Below, piece after piece: positions 9,295 to 17,914 of a stretch of 64,000 nucleotides of DNA. The DNA lies in the NCBI GenBank assembly GCA_964633425.1, contig CAZWFX010000001.1, forward strand, positions 74,687-138,686. The letters are read 5' to 3'. Both the position numbers and the translations under genes were made by a program. The stretch's first letter is position 1; every line of letters begins with the position of its first letter. This DNA comes from an uncultured Candidatus Saccharibacteria bacterium (GTDB lineage Bacteria; Patescibacteriota; Minisyncoccia; Phycocordibacterales; UBA2100). The notes beneath the pieces are model-generated. The model was not told the origin of the DNA. It ran no database searches and worked only from the letters and a program-made list of their open reading frames with translations.

Positions 9295-9888
9295 ATGCTA
9301 TACGTACTAGTGAGTATCTCTCTGATATTGTTTGGGCTTTCTTTGTATCTGATCTATGCGGTCTATCGAGAAGCAACAAAAGAAAATAGCGAAGAGGCCG
9401 TAGCTACCGTCGCTCCGCAGCCACCTCATCCAGAAGATCGAAGCTGGGAGCCAACGGGGAAGCTTTTCAACTGTTCGACATACGCCAACATTGACATATC
9501 AAGTCCGGAAGTTGCGGATCTTAAGGCTCAGGTGGATAGATACGTCAAGACGCAGGAGTTCTTGGATCTACATCCACAGCTTGGCATTGACTTTTCTCCG
9601 ATGCCTCCTAGCCAGGAAAGGATTGATGGCATGAAGGTCGAATTTATAAATTCTTCTAAGTCAGAAAAGCCTGTCGCAGAAGAGGCGAAAAAGGAGGTCT
9701 CAAAGGTAGAAGAGCTGTTTGATAAAGTCAAAGACACGGATCTTCAGACCTCAATTTTGGCCGCTCCGACTCCTAATGGTGGACTAACATACAAGCCAAA
9801 GAAGGCCAGAGCTAAAAAGTCGAAAGACGACAAGCCAGCCAAGGCCAAGAAGACGGCAAAGAAGCCAGCCAAGGCCAAGAAGACGTAA
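9295..9888 (+). CDS. membrane-anchored protein with Lys/Ala-rich C-terminal tail
   Basis: N-terminal hydrophobic helix; tail KPAKAKKT occurs twice (24-bp direct repeat 9832-9855 / 9862-9885). Confidence 0.75.
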   Translation: MLYVLVSISLILFGLSLYLIYAVYREATKENSEEAVATVAPQPPHPEDRSWEPTGKLFNCSTYANIDISSPEVADLKAQVDRYVKTQEFLDLHPQLGIDFSPMPPSQERIDGMKVEFINSSKSEKPVAEEAKKEVSKVEELFDKVKDTDLQTSILAAPTPNGGLTYKPKKARAKKSKDDKPAKAKKTAKKPAKAKKT

Positions 9889-9889
9889 G

Positions 9890-10126
9890 ATGCCGGTCTA
9901 TCTTTTTGTTTGCCAAGCTTGCGGGGCGGAGACCAGGAAGCTCGCCTCAGCAAACAACAGGGAGACCCCCGTGTGTAAGTGCGGGGGTCAGACCGTCAGG
10001 GCAAATCAAGGGGCTAGTTCTCGGGTCATGGAGAGAATCGATCACGGCACTTCATCCAGGCCGGTTGAGCGCCTTCAAGATGCGGCCGAGCTTCGGCGCG
10101 AAAGGGCCAAGAACGGCCCTGGCTAG
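9890..10126 (+). CDS. FmdB-like zinc-ribbon protein
   Basis: MPVYLFVCQACG...CKCGG pattern. Confidence 0.7.
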   Translation: MPVYLFVCQACGAETRKLASANNRETPVCKCGGQTVRANQGASSRVMERIDHGTSSRPVERLQDAAELRRERAKNGPG

Positions 10127-10129
10127 AAG

Positions 10130-10137
10130 GGCTATAT
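10130..10137 (+). promoter_or_regulatory. GGCTATAT motif upstream of SbcC
   Basis: Exact motif 9 nt before the GTG start. Confidence 0.5.
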
Positions 10138-10146
10138 CCCATTGCA

Positions 10147-12066
10147 GTGGGAACCAAGCTCAAGCGTCTTCGAATATCCAACTTTAGATCTTTTCTGGGA
10201 GATCATGAATTAGATTTTCCAGAATCTGGGCTCATTCTGTTAAAGGGCGAGTCTGGCGTTGGCAAGTCCAGCGTATTTCACGCCATCGCTTACTGTCTTG
10301 GCTTTAGTCCCATCCCAGCGAAAGACCTGCAGAATTGGTCCGAGCAGTCGGGACCTATGTCTGTCACCATGCTCCTAGAGCACAATGGACAACCCGTTGA
10401 AATAACTAGGACTTCTAAAAATTCATACATTAAAATTGGTGGGCAGATGGTCTCAACTTCCAACAAGGATTTTGAGAAAAATCTCGACAAGCATCTCGGG
10501 ACCACCTCGGGTTTTCGTGAGATCTTAACTTATCGAGATCAGATGGCGCCCGTTCGATTTACCAAGCTTTCTGATTCTGAGAAGAAAGCTTTATTGAGTG
10601 ATCTTTTGGGGCTGGTGAAGATAGAGCAGGCTTTAATCGAGGCGAGCCAGGAGGCCAACAGGCTCTTGGCTGAGAAGGAGAAGGTTGGCGCTGTTCTGTC
10701 TGGCATGGAGCAGGTTCTGGGACCTGAGCCGGCGCCACCACCACTTGACAGAATGGAGGCCATAAATCTAGAACTCAAGGAGCTAGATCGACTCGAAGAG
10801 AACGAGCGGGCTGAGTACGACATTCGGACCAAGACCAACACTTCCCAGTACAACAAAGACCTGGAGGATCTCAAGTACCTACTTACGATGGTACCGCAAG
10901 TACAAGATCCAAGGGATCCTGTCGTGGAGCAGAGCTACAGGGCCCTGATTGAACAAGAGGCGCAGAGGCTAAAGGCTTGGGACGAGATCCTGGCTAAGCA
11001 TAGGGCGAAAACCAAAGGACTGGAGCTTCAATTCAAGGCCTGGGAGGCTGCTGAGCGAGAGATTTGTTCAGTCGAGAAGTCGATCAGAGACCTACATGTA
11101 GATAGATGTCCTACATGTAGTCAAGAGTGGGATTCTACACAACATCGAGCATTACTAGAGACAAAACTGCAAAATTTGCGTTTGAGTCAACCGCCCAATC
11201 CAAGCGACGAACTAAAGGCCTGTGAATACGAAAGGATCGCCATCGAGGCCACGAAGCCCTCAATGGCCGAAGAGATCGCTGAAGCCAGACTCCTAGTAAA
11301 AGAACAAGAATCTCGGTTCTTGGAAAAGCAACAGAATCGAAATTCAAAGATAGATTCTATTAAAGCTCAAATCGCCACCCTTACAGCTAATTGGAAATCC
11401 AACCAAAAGCCTTTCCAGTTTTCTCGTATAAATGAAGTGGCTGCATTACGGCAGGAACAGGATCGGCTCTCCAAAGACATTTCTCTACGAGACGCTGCCA
11501 AGAAGTCCTGGGAACTTAGCCTTGCAAAAATAAAGGCCCAAAGACAGATTTTGGACGATGTCCAGCAGAAACTAGCAGTTGAGCAGGACTGGCAGGCATT
11601 GCTCAGGGGTTTTTTGGGGAGGATTGTTGAAGAGGTACTCTGGGAGATCTCGTCTAAGGCCAACGACATCCTTAAAAACCTACCCAACACCTCTTCCGTT
11701 ACCGTTGAGTTTCAGGTCCAGAAGGCTTCAGGGAAGGAAGCCATCACTCCAATATTCCGCTTTGGCGGCCAGGAGGCTTCCCTGAAGTCTGGGGCCTCTG
11801 GAGGTATGGCCACGGCCATTGAGCTGGCCATCGATCTGGCCCTGGCTGAGACCGTGGCATCCCGAAAGGGGATCTCGATGGGGTGGCTGCTGCTAGACGA
11901 GGCCTTCAACGGGTTTTCTCAGGGGGTCCGTGAAGAGGTCTTGACGGTGCTTGGCTCCTATGCTAGAGATCGTCTTGTGGTCGCTATTGACCACGCTGGC
12001 GAAATGCAGGCCATGTTTAGTACATCGATCGAAATTAAAAACGGGGGTTTTCATTGGTCAGAGTAA
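10147..12066 (+). CDS. SbcC/Rad50-like SMC ATPase (recombination nuclease subunit)
   Basis: NFRSF, GESGVGKS, CPTC zinc hook within a coiled coil, SGG signature, LLDEAF, IDH. Confidence 0.92.
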   Translation: MGTKLKRLRISNFRSFLGDHELDFPESGLILLKGESGVGKSSVFHAIAYCLGFSPIPAKDLQNWSEQSGPMSVTMLLEHNGQPVEITRTSKNSYIKIGGQMVSTSNKDFEKNLDKHLGTTSGFREILTYRDQMAPVRFTKLSDSEKKALLSDLLGLVKIEQALIEASQEANRLLAEKEKVGAVLSGMEQVLGPEPAPPPLDRMEAINLELKELDRLEENERAEYDIRTKTNTSQYNKDLEDLKYLLTMVPQVQDPRDPVVEQSYRALIEQEAQRLKAWDEILAKHRAKTKGLELQFKAWEAAEREICSVEKSIRDLHVDRCPTCSQEWDSTQHRALLETKLQNLRLSQPPNPSDELKACEYERIAIEATKPSMAEEIAEARLLVKEQESRFLEKQQNRNSKIDSIKAQIATLTANWKSNQKPFQFSRINEVAALRQEQDRLSKDISLRDAAKKSWELSLAKIKAQRQILDDVQQKLAVEQDWQALLRGFLGRIVEEVLWEISSKANDILKNLPNTSSVTVEFQVQKASGKEAITPIFRFGGQEASLKSGASGGMATAIELAIDLALAETVASRKGISMGWLLLDEAFNGFSQGVREEVLTVLGSYARDRLVVAIDHAGEMQAMFSTSIEIKNGGFHWSE

Positions 12067-12311
12067 ATAAAGAGATTTTGTGCTATGTCCGAGATCAGGC
12101 ACAACTACACATTATGACATCATCAAGAAAAGATGATGTGGGATTTGGGATCTTGTCTGAGTCCGAATGGGTTGCCTTGTGTTGGATCAGAGCGGTTCAG
12201 GATGTGCAGTCCAAACTGCACCAAGAAGGACATCAGAACTCAGCTTACCTACATGAGATCGATACCTCAGTTAGGGCCCTTGATGTGTCGTCGGTGAATG
12301 ACGATGCTTAA
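12054..12311 (+). CDS. hypothetical protein
   Basis: 85 aa ORF overlapping both neighbours in the operon. Confidence 0.55.
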   Translation: MVRVNKEILCYVRDQAQLHIMTSSRKDDVGFGILSESEWVALCWIRAVQDVQSKLHQEGHQNSAYLHEIDTSVRALDVSSVNDDA

Positions 12312-12663
12312 CATGGCGTCCGTTGTGGATGGGGACCTTTACATCCTTCTTTTTGATAAGAATAAGAAACTCTACTTGGAAAGAAGTGACGATGATCCAA
12401 AAATCATCTTGTCTTATGTTTTTAAAGAAAAGGAGACAGCTCTTGATTATGCAGACTACCTAAATACAGTATCGGATAGACAACAAAAAGTACATAGACT
12501 AGATGATATTCAAAATCTGGTCGATTGGCTTGGGCCAATTACCCTAGAGCTTGGAGACTCAGCGCTAAAATTGGTCTTGGTCGATAGTATCAAAACCTCA
12601 AAAACCAAGAAACGCCCCGTTTACAAAGAGATCGCAACCCTAAACAAGGAGAACAAGAACTAA
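12298..12663 (+). CDS. hypothetical protein
   Basis: 121 aa ORF, TAATG coupling to the next gene. Confidence 0.65.
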   Translation: MTMLNMASVVDGDLYILLFDKNKKLYLERSDDDPKIILSYVFKEKETALDYADYLNTVSDRQQKVHRLDDIQNLVDWLGPITLELGDSALKLVLVDSIKTSKTKKRPVYKEIATLNKENKN

Positions 12664-12917
12664 TGCTACCTACTGGATATGAAGAGACCGTGAGTGCCAT
12701 GTCGGAAGAGGAGATCCGTCGTCGAATCGCCGAGCTTACCCTGGCTCGATTGGAATGGGAAGATCGGCGTAAGTCCAACGAAGAACTTCAAGCCGCTAAA
12801 GAGACCGTTTCCACCCTAGACGATCCATTTAAGAGCGCCATCAAGGAACTCAAGGAGATGGTGGCCTGCTGCAAGAAGGTTCTAGACGACCGAGGACGCG
12901 GAGTCGATGTCGGATAA
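12663..12917 (+). CDS. hypothetical coiled-coil protein
   Basis: 84 aa helical ORF, translationally coupled. Confidence 0.65.
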   Translation: MLPTGYEETVSAMSEEEIRRRIAELTLARLEWEDRRKSNEELQAAKETVSTLDDPFKSAIKELKEMVACCKKVLDDRGRGVDVG

Positions 12918-13278
12918 CACAAACAACAAGATTATTGGCACCCTGGCCATTTTGACATGGGCATTACTCTTGGCCAGCCTTCTTCTTTCTGGCTGTGCTG
13001 CCCTGATCCGCGCAGCTCAAGAACCGTACCAGGAAAACCCTGGACCACCAGTGGTTATCTTCGGTGGCTATAGCGGAGACATGCCCTGGGCTAGAGTCGC
13101 AAATTCCCTGAACGTTGGCGTTGTAGTAAACGTCGACTGCCCTGGCAGAATGACCTTCGATTTGCCACCTAAGACCTCGCAAAGATTCTTCTTTTCGACC
13201 TTTACACTTCCAGGAGAACGATTCGAATGCCGGGTGTTCTCCTGGGAAGTCAAAAACCTGGTCGAAATCATTCAGTAA
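12907..13278 (+). CDS. putative lipoprotein
   Basis: Hydrophobic signal ending in lipobox LSGC. Confidence 0.6.
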   Translation: MSDNTNNKIIGTLAILTWALLLASLLLSGCAALIRAAQEPYQENPGPPVVIFGGYSGDMPWARVANSLNVGVVVNVDCPGRMTFDLPPKTSQRFFFSTFTLPGERFECRVFSWEVKNLVEIIQ

Positions 13279-13289
13279 TCATATCCCCA

Positions 13290-13302
13290 GGCTACAATCT
13301 TT
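13290..13302 (+). promoter_or_regulatory. Composite GGCTACAAT / AATCTTT motif upstream of resolvase
   Basis: GGCTACAATCTTT ends 6 nt before the ATG. Confidence 0.5.
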
Positions 13303-13308
13303 GGTGAA

Positions 13309-13866
13309 ATGCGAGTCTTCGCAGTAGACCTCAGTCTACACACCGGTTGGGCCTTTCTTGAAGATCAAAACGTCATCGACTACGGCCTTATAGAGGCCGG
13401 AAAACCCAAGGATTTTGGTAAATTCCCCTGGAATTACTTGAAGATAGCCAAGAGTCAAGCCAAGGCCATTTTTAGTCAAATTGCAGACAGGAAACCGGAT
13501 CTGGTTGTTGTGGAGCAAACCAATAAGGGGCAAAACCGATTCTCCCAGAAAATCCTGGAATTTTTGCATTTTGCCTTGCTTCAAGAGCTGGAGTGGGTGT
13601 ATGATGTCAAGTACGTGGACACTTCAGCCTGGAGGAAGGCACTAGACCTAAAGCTGACCAAAGAACAAAGGGCAGCAAACAAGCTTTCAAAGAAAAAGAA
13701 AAAAGAGCTAGGGATTTCAGGCAAGGTCACCCCGAAGCACCTTGCAGTAGAATATTGTTCTAAATTGCTAGGAAAGTCCTTCAAACTAAAGGACAATGAC
13801 ATTTGCGACGCCATCTGCATCGGAATGGCCGTGGCAAATGGGTGCAGCTTTTCGTTACCGACCTAA
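13309..13866 (+). CDS. RuvC-like Holliday junction resolvase
   Basis: FAVDLSLHTGWA, VVVEQ, WRK and DNDICDAICIG RNase H-fold motifs. Confidence 0.85.
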   Translation: MRVFAVDLSLHTGWAFLEDQNVIDYGLIEAGKPKDFGKFPWNYLKIAKSQAKAIFSQIADRKPDLVVVEQTNKGQNRFSQKILEFLHFALLQELEWVYDVKYVDTSAWRKALDLKLTKEQRAANKLSKKKKKELGISGKVTPKHLAVEYCSKLLGKSFKLKDNDICDAICIGMAVANGCSFSLPT

Positions 13867-13882
13867 CGAGGTTATATTACAA

Positions 13883-16297
13883 TTGACTAAATATACAGAA
13901 GAGGAAGTTATCAAAGAAGCTTTGTCGTTTTTTAACGGCGATGAGCTGGCAGCCGACGTGTTTACAAAATACGCTCTCAGCGACAGCGACAACAACTACT
14001 ATGAGAAGTCGCCGCTAGATACGTTTAATCGACTAGCTACTGAGTTTAGTAGGATAGAGGCCAAGTACCAAGCTCCCCTTTCCCACCAGGAAATCTACGA
14101 TTACTTGGTGGGTATGACCATTATTGCTCAGGGGTCGCCGATGGCTGCCATTGGCAATCCCTTTCAGCTACAGAGCGCATCGAATTGCTTTGTGATTGAA
14201 AATACGGTGGATTCCTACGGTGGGATCTTCTTGACGGACCAGCAGCAGGTCCAGATCATGAAGCGTCGTGGCGGCGTTGGCAATGACATCTCTGGCATCA
14301 GGCCCAAGGGGATGCCGACTTCTAATGGAGCCAAAACAACCGATGGTATTGGCGTCTTCATGGAGAGGTTTTCCAACTCTACCAGGGAGGTGGCACAAAA
14401 CGGGCGTCGTGGCGCCAGGATGATCACGATCTCGGTGCATCACCCCGAGATCCTTACCTTTATTCGCATCAAGAGGGACCTCCAAAAGATCACTGGAGCG
14501 AATATTTCAGTGAGGGCTACTGACGAGTTCATGCGGGCCGTTAGGGATGGAGCTGACTACCAGCAGCGGTGGCCGGTTGATTCAGACAAGCCACTAATAA
14601 CCAAAGCTGTTTCAGCAAACGAGATCTTTGAAGAGATTGCTCAGTGCGCCTGGGAATGCGCCGACCCAGGAATGCTTTTTTGGGACTCTGTCATAAGAGA
14701 GTGCCCGGCCGATTGCTACCCAAGGTACCGAAGCATCAGCACGAACCCTTGCGGCGAGCTGAATCTGTCGGCCAACGACTCTTGTCGGTTGATCTTGATC
14801 AACTTTAAGAAGTTCGTTAGGAATCCCTTTACCAACAAGGCCTATTTTGACTACGAGGCACACGCCAAGGCTGCTCGTGTCGGACAGAGGCTGATGGACG
14901 ACTTGGTCGATATTGAACTAGAACAAATCGACAAGATCTTGGCCAAGATTGAACAGGATCCGGAGCCAGACCTTATCAAGCAGGTCGAGAAGGACCTTTG
15001 GGTCAAGATTCGTGAGGCTTGTCAGAATGGCCGCAGGACTGGCCTTGGGGCTACTGGAGTAGGTGACGCCGTGGCGGCACTTGGTATCAAGTACGGCTCA
15101 AGGGAGTCCATTGACGCAGTGAGCCTCATGTATGAAAACCAGGCAAGGGCTGCTTACAAGGAGAGCGTCCAACTAGCCAAGGAGCGCGGCGCCTTCCCTG
15201 AGTTTAACCGTGACCTTGAAGCCGGTCATCCATTCCTTGATCGGGTAGGTGTTTACGAGAACCCCGATTACGCCAAGTATGGGCGTCGGAACATCTCGTG
15301 CCTGACAACCTCTCCGGCCGGATCGGTCAGCTGCCTGGCCCAGACCACATCCGGAATCGAACCCGCCATCTTTCTTTCGTACATGAGAAAGCGGAAGGTG
15401 GTGGCTGGCGATCCTAGTGCAACATACGTAGATGAGCATGGAGATCACTGGCAAAAATACCAGGTGTACCATTTGGGACACCAGGAGTGGCAGCTAGCCA
15501 ATCCAGACAAGCCAGAGACCGAAAGTCCGTACTGGGGCTGCACTGCCGAAGACATCAATCCAATGGATAAGATCAAGCTTCAGGCTGCTGCCCAACTCTG
15601 GGTCGATCACGCCATTTCCAATACCATTAACTTGCCAAATACTGCTACCAAGGAGGACGTAGCCAACGCATACCTTTTTGGCTGGAAGGCTGGCTGCAAG
15701 GGCATTACGGTCTATCGGGCTGGATCCAGAAACTCCGTCATTTCCAAGACCGACGACACGGTTAAGAAGACCAACATGATCGTTGAGACCAATGCTCCAA
15801 AGCGCCCGGCAGAGCTGCCCTGTGACATCCACAGGTCGCGCATCAAAGGGGACGAGTACACGATCTTGGTAGGTCTCCTGAACGGCAAGCCCTACGAGGT
15901 TTTTGCCGGATTGACTTCTAATATCGAACTGCCAAAGAACGAAGAAACCGGGACGTTAACCAAAAAGGCCAGGTCCTACGACCTAACCCTTAAAAATGGT
16001 ACCGAGTACAAGGACGTGGTGTCTTTGTTTGACAACCCAAACCATGGAGCCTTCACCAGGACCCTTTCAACCGCCCTAAGACATGGCGTACCAGTCCGCT
16101 ACCTGGTCGAGCAACTCAGGAAGGACAAGCACTCAGATCTATATAGCTTCTCCACCGTCATGGCCAGGGTGCTTGCCAAGCACTACATCCAAGACGGGGT
16201 TGAAGCCGGCAAATGCCCTGAATGTGGGGAAAAGGCCTTAAAGTACATCCAGGGTTGCCCAATGTGCCAGGAATGTGGCTATAGTAAGTGTGGGTGA
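13883..16297 (+). CDS. nrdJ: Class II (B12-dependent) ribonucleotide reductase
   Basis: SNCFV, RRGGVG, NPCGE, RRTGLG, TSGIEP, KGITVYR motifs; C-terminal TSCPD-like domain and Zn ribbon; no nrdB nearby; start set at TTG 13883 behind GGTTATAT. Confidence 0.88.
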   Translation: MTKYTEEEVIKEALSFFNGDELAADVFTKYALSDSDNNYYEKSPLDTFNRLATEFSRIEAKYQAPLSHQEIYDYLVGMTIIAQGSPMAAIGNPFQLQSASNCFVIENTVDSYGGIFLTDQQQVQIMKRRGGVGNDISGIRPKGMPTSNGAKTTDGIGVFMERFSNSTREVAQNGRRGARMITISVHHPEILTFIRIKRDLQKITGANISVRATDEFMRAVRDGADYQQRWPVDSDKPLITKAVSANEIFEEIAQCAWECADPGMLFWDSVIRECPADCYPRYRSISTNPCGELNLSANDSCRLILINFKKFVRNPFTNKAYFDYEAHAKAARVGQRLMDDLVDIELEQIDKILAKIEQDPEPDLIKQVEKDLWVKIREACQNGRRTGLGATGVGDAVAALGIKYGSRESIDAVSLMYENQARAAYKESVQLAKERGAFPEFNRDLEAGHPFLDRVGVYENPDYAKYGRRNISCLTTSPAGSVSCLAQTTSGIEPAIFLSYMRKRKVVAGDPSATYVDEHGDHWQKYQVYHLGHQEWQLANPDKPETESPYWGCTAEDINPMDKIKLQAAAQLWVDHAISNTINLPNTATKEDVANAYLFGWKAGCKGITVYRAGSRNSVISKTDDTVKKTNMIVETNAPKRPAELPCDIHRSRIKGDEYTILVGLLNGKPYEVFAGLTSNIELPKNEETGTLTKKARSYDLTLKNGTEYKDVVSLFDNPNHGAFTRTLSTALRHGVPVRYLVEQLRKDKHSDLYSFSTVMARVLAKHYIQDGVEAGKCPECGEKALKYIQGCPMCQECGYSKCG

Positions 16298-16300
16298 CGT

Positions 16301-16486
16301 ATGTCTAGGTCAAAACAACGATCTCGATGTCAGCATAGCTGCGTGTCGTGTAAATCATGGAAAAAGGGCTATCCGTCATTGACTGCGCAGGACGCCAAAT
16401 CTCTCGAAGATGCCCATCTTCAGCTCGAAGAGGCGAAGATGGTCAAGGATGAAGACCACGAAGAAGACGAGCAGGCTATATATTAG
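16301..16486 (+). CDS. small hypothetical protein (Cys-rich N-terminus)
   Basis: 61 aa ORF filling the gap between operon genes. Confidence 0.5.
   Translation: MSRSKQRSRCQHSCVSCKSWKKGYPSLTAQDAKSLEDAHLQLEEAKMVKDEDHEEDEQAIY
16474..16481 (+). promoter_or_regulatory. GGCTATAT motif
   Basis: Exact motif 8 nt before ATG 16490. Confidence 0.5.
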
Positions 16487-16489
16487 ACG

Positions 16490-17272
16490 ATGTCTTTTGT
16501 AGACCCATACGCAGATCAAGAAGAAGAGGTCGAAGAGGAGGTCCAGGAGCCTCAAGTCGATTCTCGCTCCGCATTCAAGGAAGCACGCAAGAAGCTAACC
16601 AAGGCAGCCTTTTACGAACAGCTGGCCAATGAAGCCATTTTCAATGGAGGATCCGAGGAAGACGATGAGGTCAACTTGGAGATCCGAGAGTGGGCTGAAC
16701 GTCAGATGTTTGAACTGTTAAATGTAAGCCAGCCCACAAAATCTACGGTATCTGAGCAGTTCTCTGAAGAAGAGGTGGAGGTTCTAAAAGCCCTATCTCG
16801 TCTTACGCACGAAGAGGTTGAGGCTCTAAAGGCTCTGACCAAGACCATTGCGGTTACGGCCACCGGGGTGCCTGTTCCCAAGAAGCTCTCTGGCCCTTCC
16901 GCAACGCCCCCACAGCCACCCAAGCCCAAGGCTCCGGCTCCGCCAAGGATCAAGGCCAAGAAGAGCAAGGAGGAGGCTCCCAGGAGCAGGGTCAAGCCCC
17001 TAAGAGAGCGTCCCCGTGAGATCGAAAAGCCGCAAGAAGGTGTCTATAGGAGGATGAACCAGGGGGTCCAGCTTCCCAAGGAAGCCCTGGCGCCACCGCC
17101 CACGGCCATTCCATTCCCCGTTGGAGAGGCGTATTCGGCAGCACAGGCTCAGCTAGCGTCAAACCTTATCACCGGAGGAGTTAACACTGCTCAGGTGGAT
17201 TCAGGGACAGGACCGTCGACTGGACTAAGTCCAGACCAGCTCGGTGGACTAATCAACGGCTATATTAGGTAA
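16490..17272 (+). CDS. hypothetical protein (acidic N-terminus, Pro/Lys-rich linker)
   Basis: 260 aa ORF. Confidence 0.75.
   Translation: MSFVDPYADQEEEVEEEVQEPQVDSRSAFKEARKKLTKAAFYEQLANEAIFNGGSEEDDEVNLEIREWAERQMFELLNVSQPTKSTVSEQFSEEEVEVLKALSRLTHEEVEALKALTKTIAVTATGVPVPKKLSGPSATPPQPPKPKAPAPPRIKAKKSKEEAPRSRVKPLRERPREIEKPQEGVYRRMNQGVQLPKEALAPPPTAIPFPVGEAYSAAQAQLASNLITGGVNTAQVDSGTGPSTGLSPDQLGGLINGYIR
17258..17265 (+). promoter_or_regulatory. GGCTATAT motif
   Basis: Exact motif 10 nt before ATG 17276. Confidence 0.5.
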
Positions 17273-17275
17273 ACA

Positions 17276-17803
17276 ATGACAAAAAAGGTACCCGCTAATT
17301 TTACAGAACGTCTTACTGCGGTAGAGCAGCAACTGGAATTTCTTAACGGACAGATGCGTCTCCTTGATCAGGTCCTTGGAAACTACAACGAGCGTTTTAT
17401 CGCCATTACGTCAATTCTTGGGACAGACGCCGTTAAGGACGCCTTGGCTGGCGTAAAGTATGTTAGGGACAAGTCGAGGTTTGACGAGAACACCAAGGCG
17501 ATGGAAGACGGCTTGACCAAGGGCTTTATTAGAGACGTCGAAGTTGTTACGGAAGTGGCGGGTGTTTGCGGAACGCAGCTTCTGGACGATTCGGCGGATC
17601 CGACCAAGTTCTTTTCTCAATTCAATGAGTTTATATTTTCGCCGATGCTTACCGACGGACTGGGGTCGGTCCTGCTTGGTGCCAAGGTAGGAGACGTCCG
17701 GGAGTTTCGTGGAGCCAAGCTCCGCGTGGATCGTATCTACGAGGTAGACCACACCAAGATGACGGCCGAGATCGCGCAAGCAGAGGCGCCACAGGCGTCG
17801 TAA
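17276..17803 (+). CDS. coiled-coil protein with FKBP/GreA-C-like C-terminal domain
   Basis: N-terminal heptads; C-terminal GLGSVLLGAKVGDVREF...RVDRIY resembles the GreA/FKBP LLGxKVGD motif. Confidence 0.5.
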   Translation: MTKKVPANFTERLTAVEQQLEFLNGQMRLLDQVLGNYNERFIAITSILGTDAVKDALAGVKYVRDKSRFDENTKAMEDGLTKGFIRDVEVVTEVAGVCGTQLLDDSADPTKFFSQFNEFIFSPMLTDGLGSVLLGAKVGDVREFRGAKLRVDRIYEVDHTKMTAEIAQAEAPQAS

Positions 17804-17808
17804 TTTCC

Positions 17809-17837
17809 TTGCTTTTCCCTTGGTTGTGGGATACGAT
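17809..17837 (+). promoter_or_regulatory. sigma70-type promoter TTGCTT-17-TACGAT
   Basis: Intergenic with canonical spacing; followed by TTATCCACA (17845-17853) and AATCTTT (17870-17876). Confidence 0.4.
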
Positions 17838-17914
17838 CAAGAAGTTATCCACAGGCCCTCATCAAGGTCAATCTTTGAAGAGACCCTGTCGGGTTATCGC
17901 CACAATAGGATTGC

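Noticed and set aside
13796-13882. N-terminal extensions given by the ORF track for RNR (also 36824, 59295 and 59402)
   Set aside because: They overlap neighbouring genes or promoter motifs; downstream in-frame starts fit the motifs better
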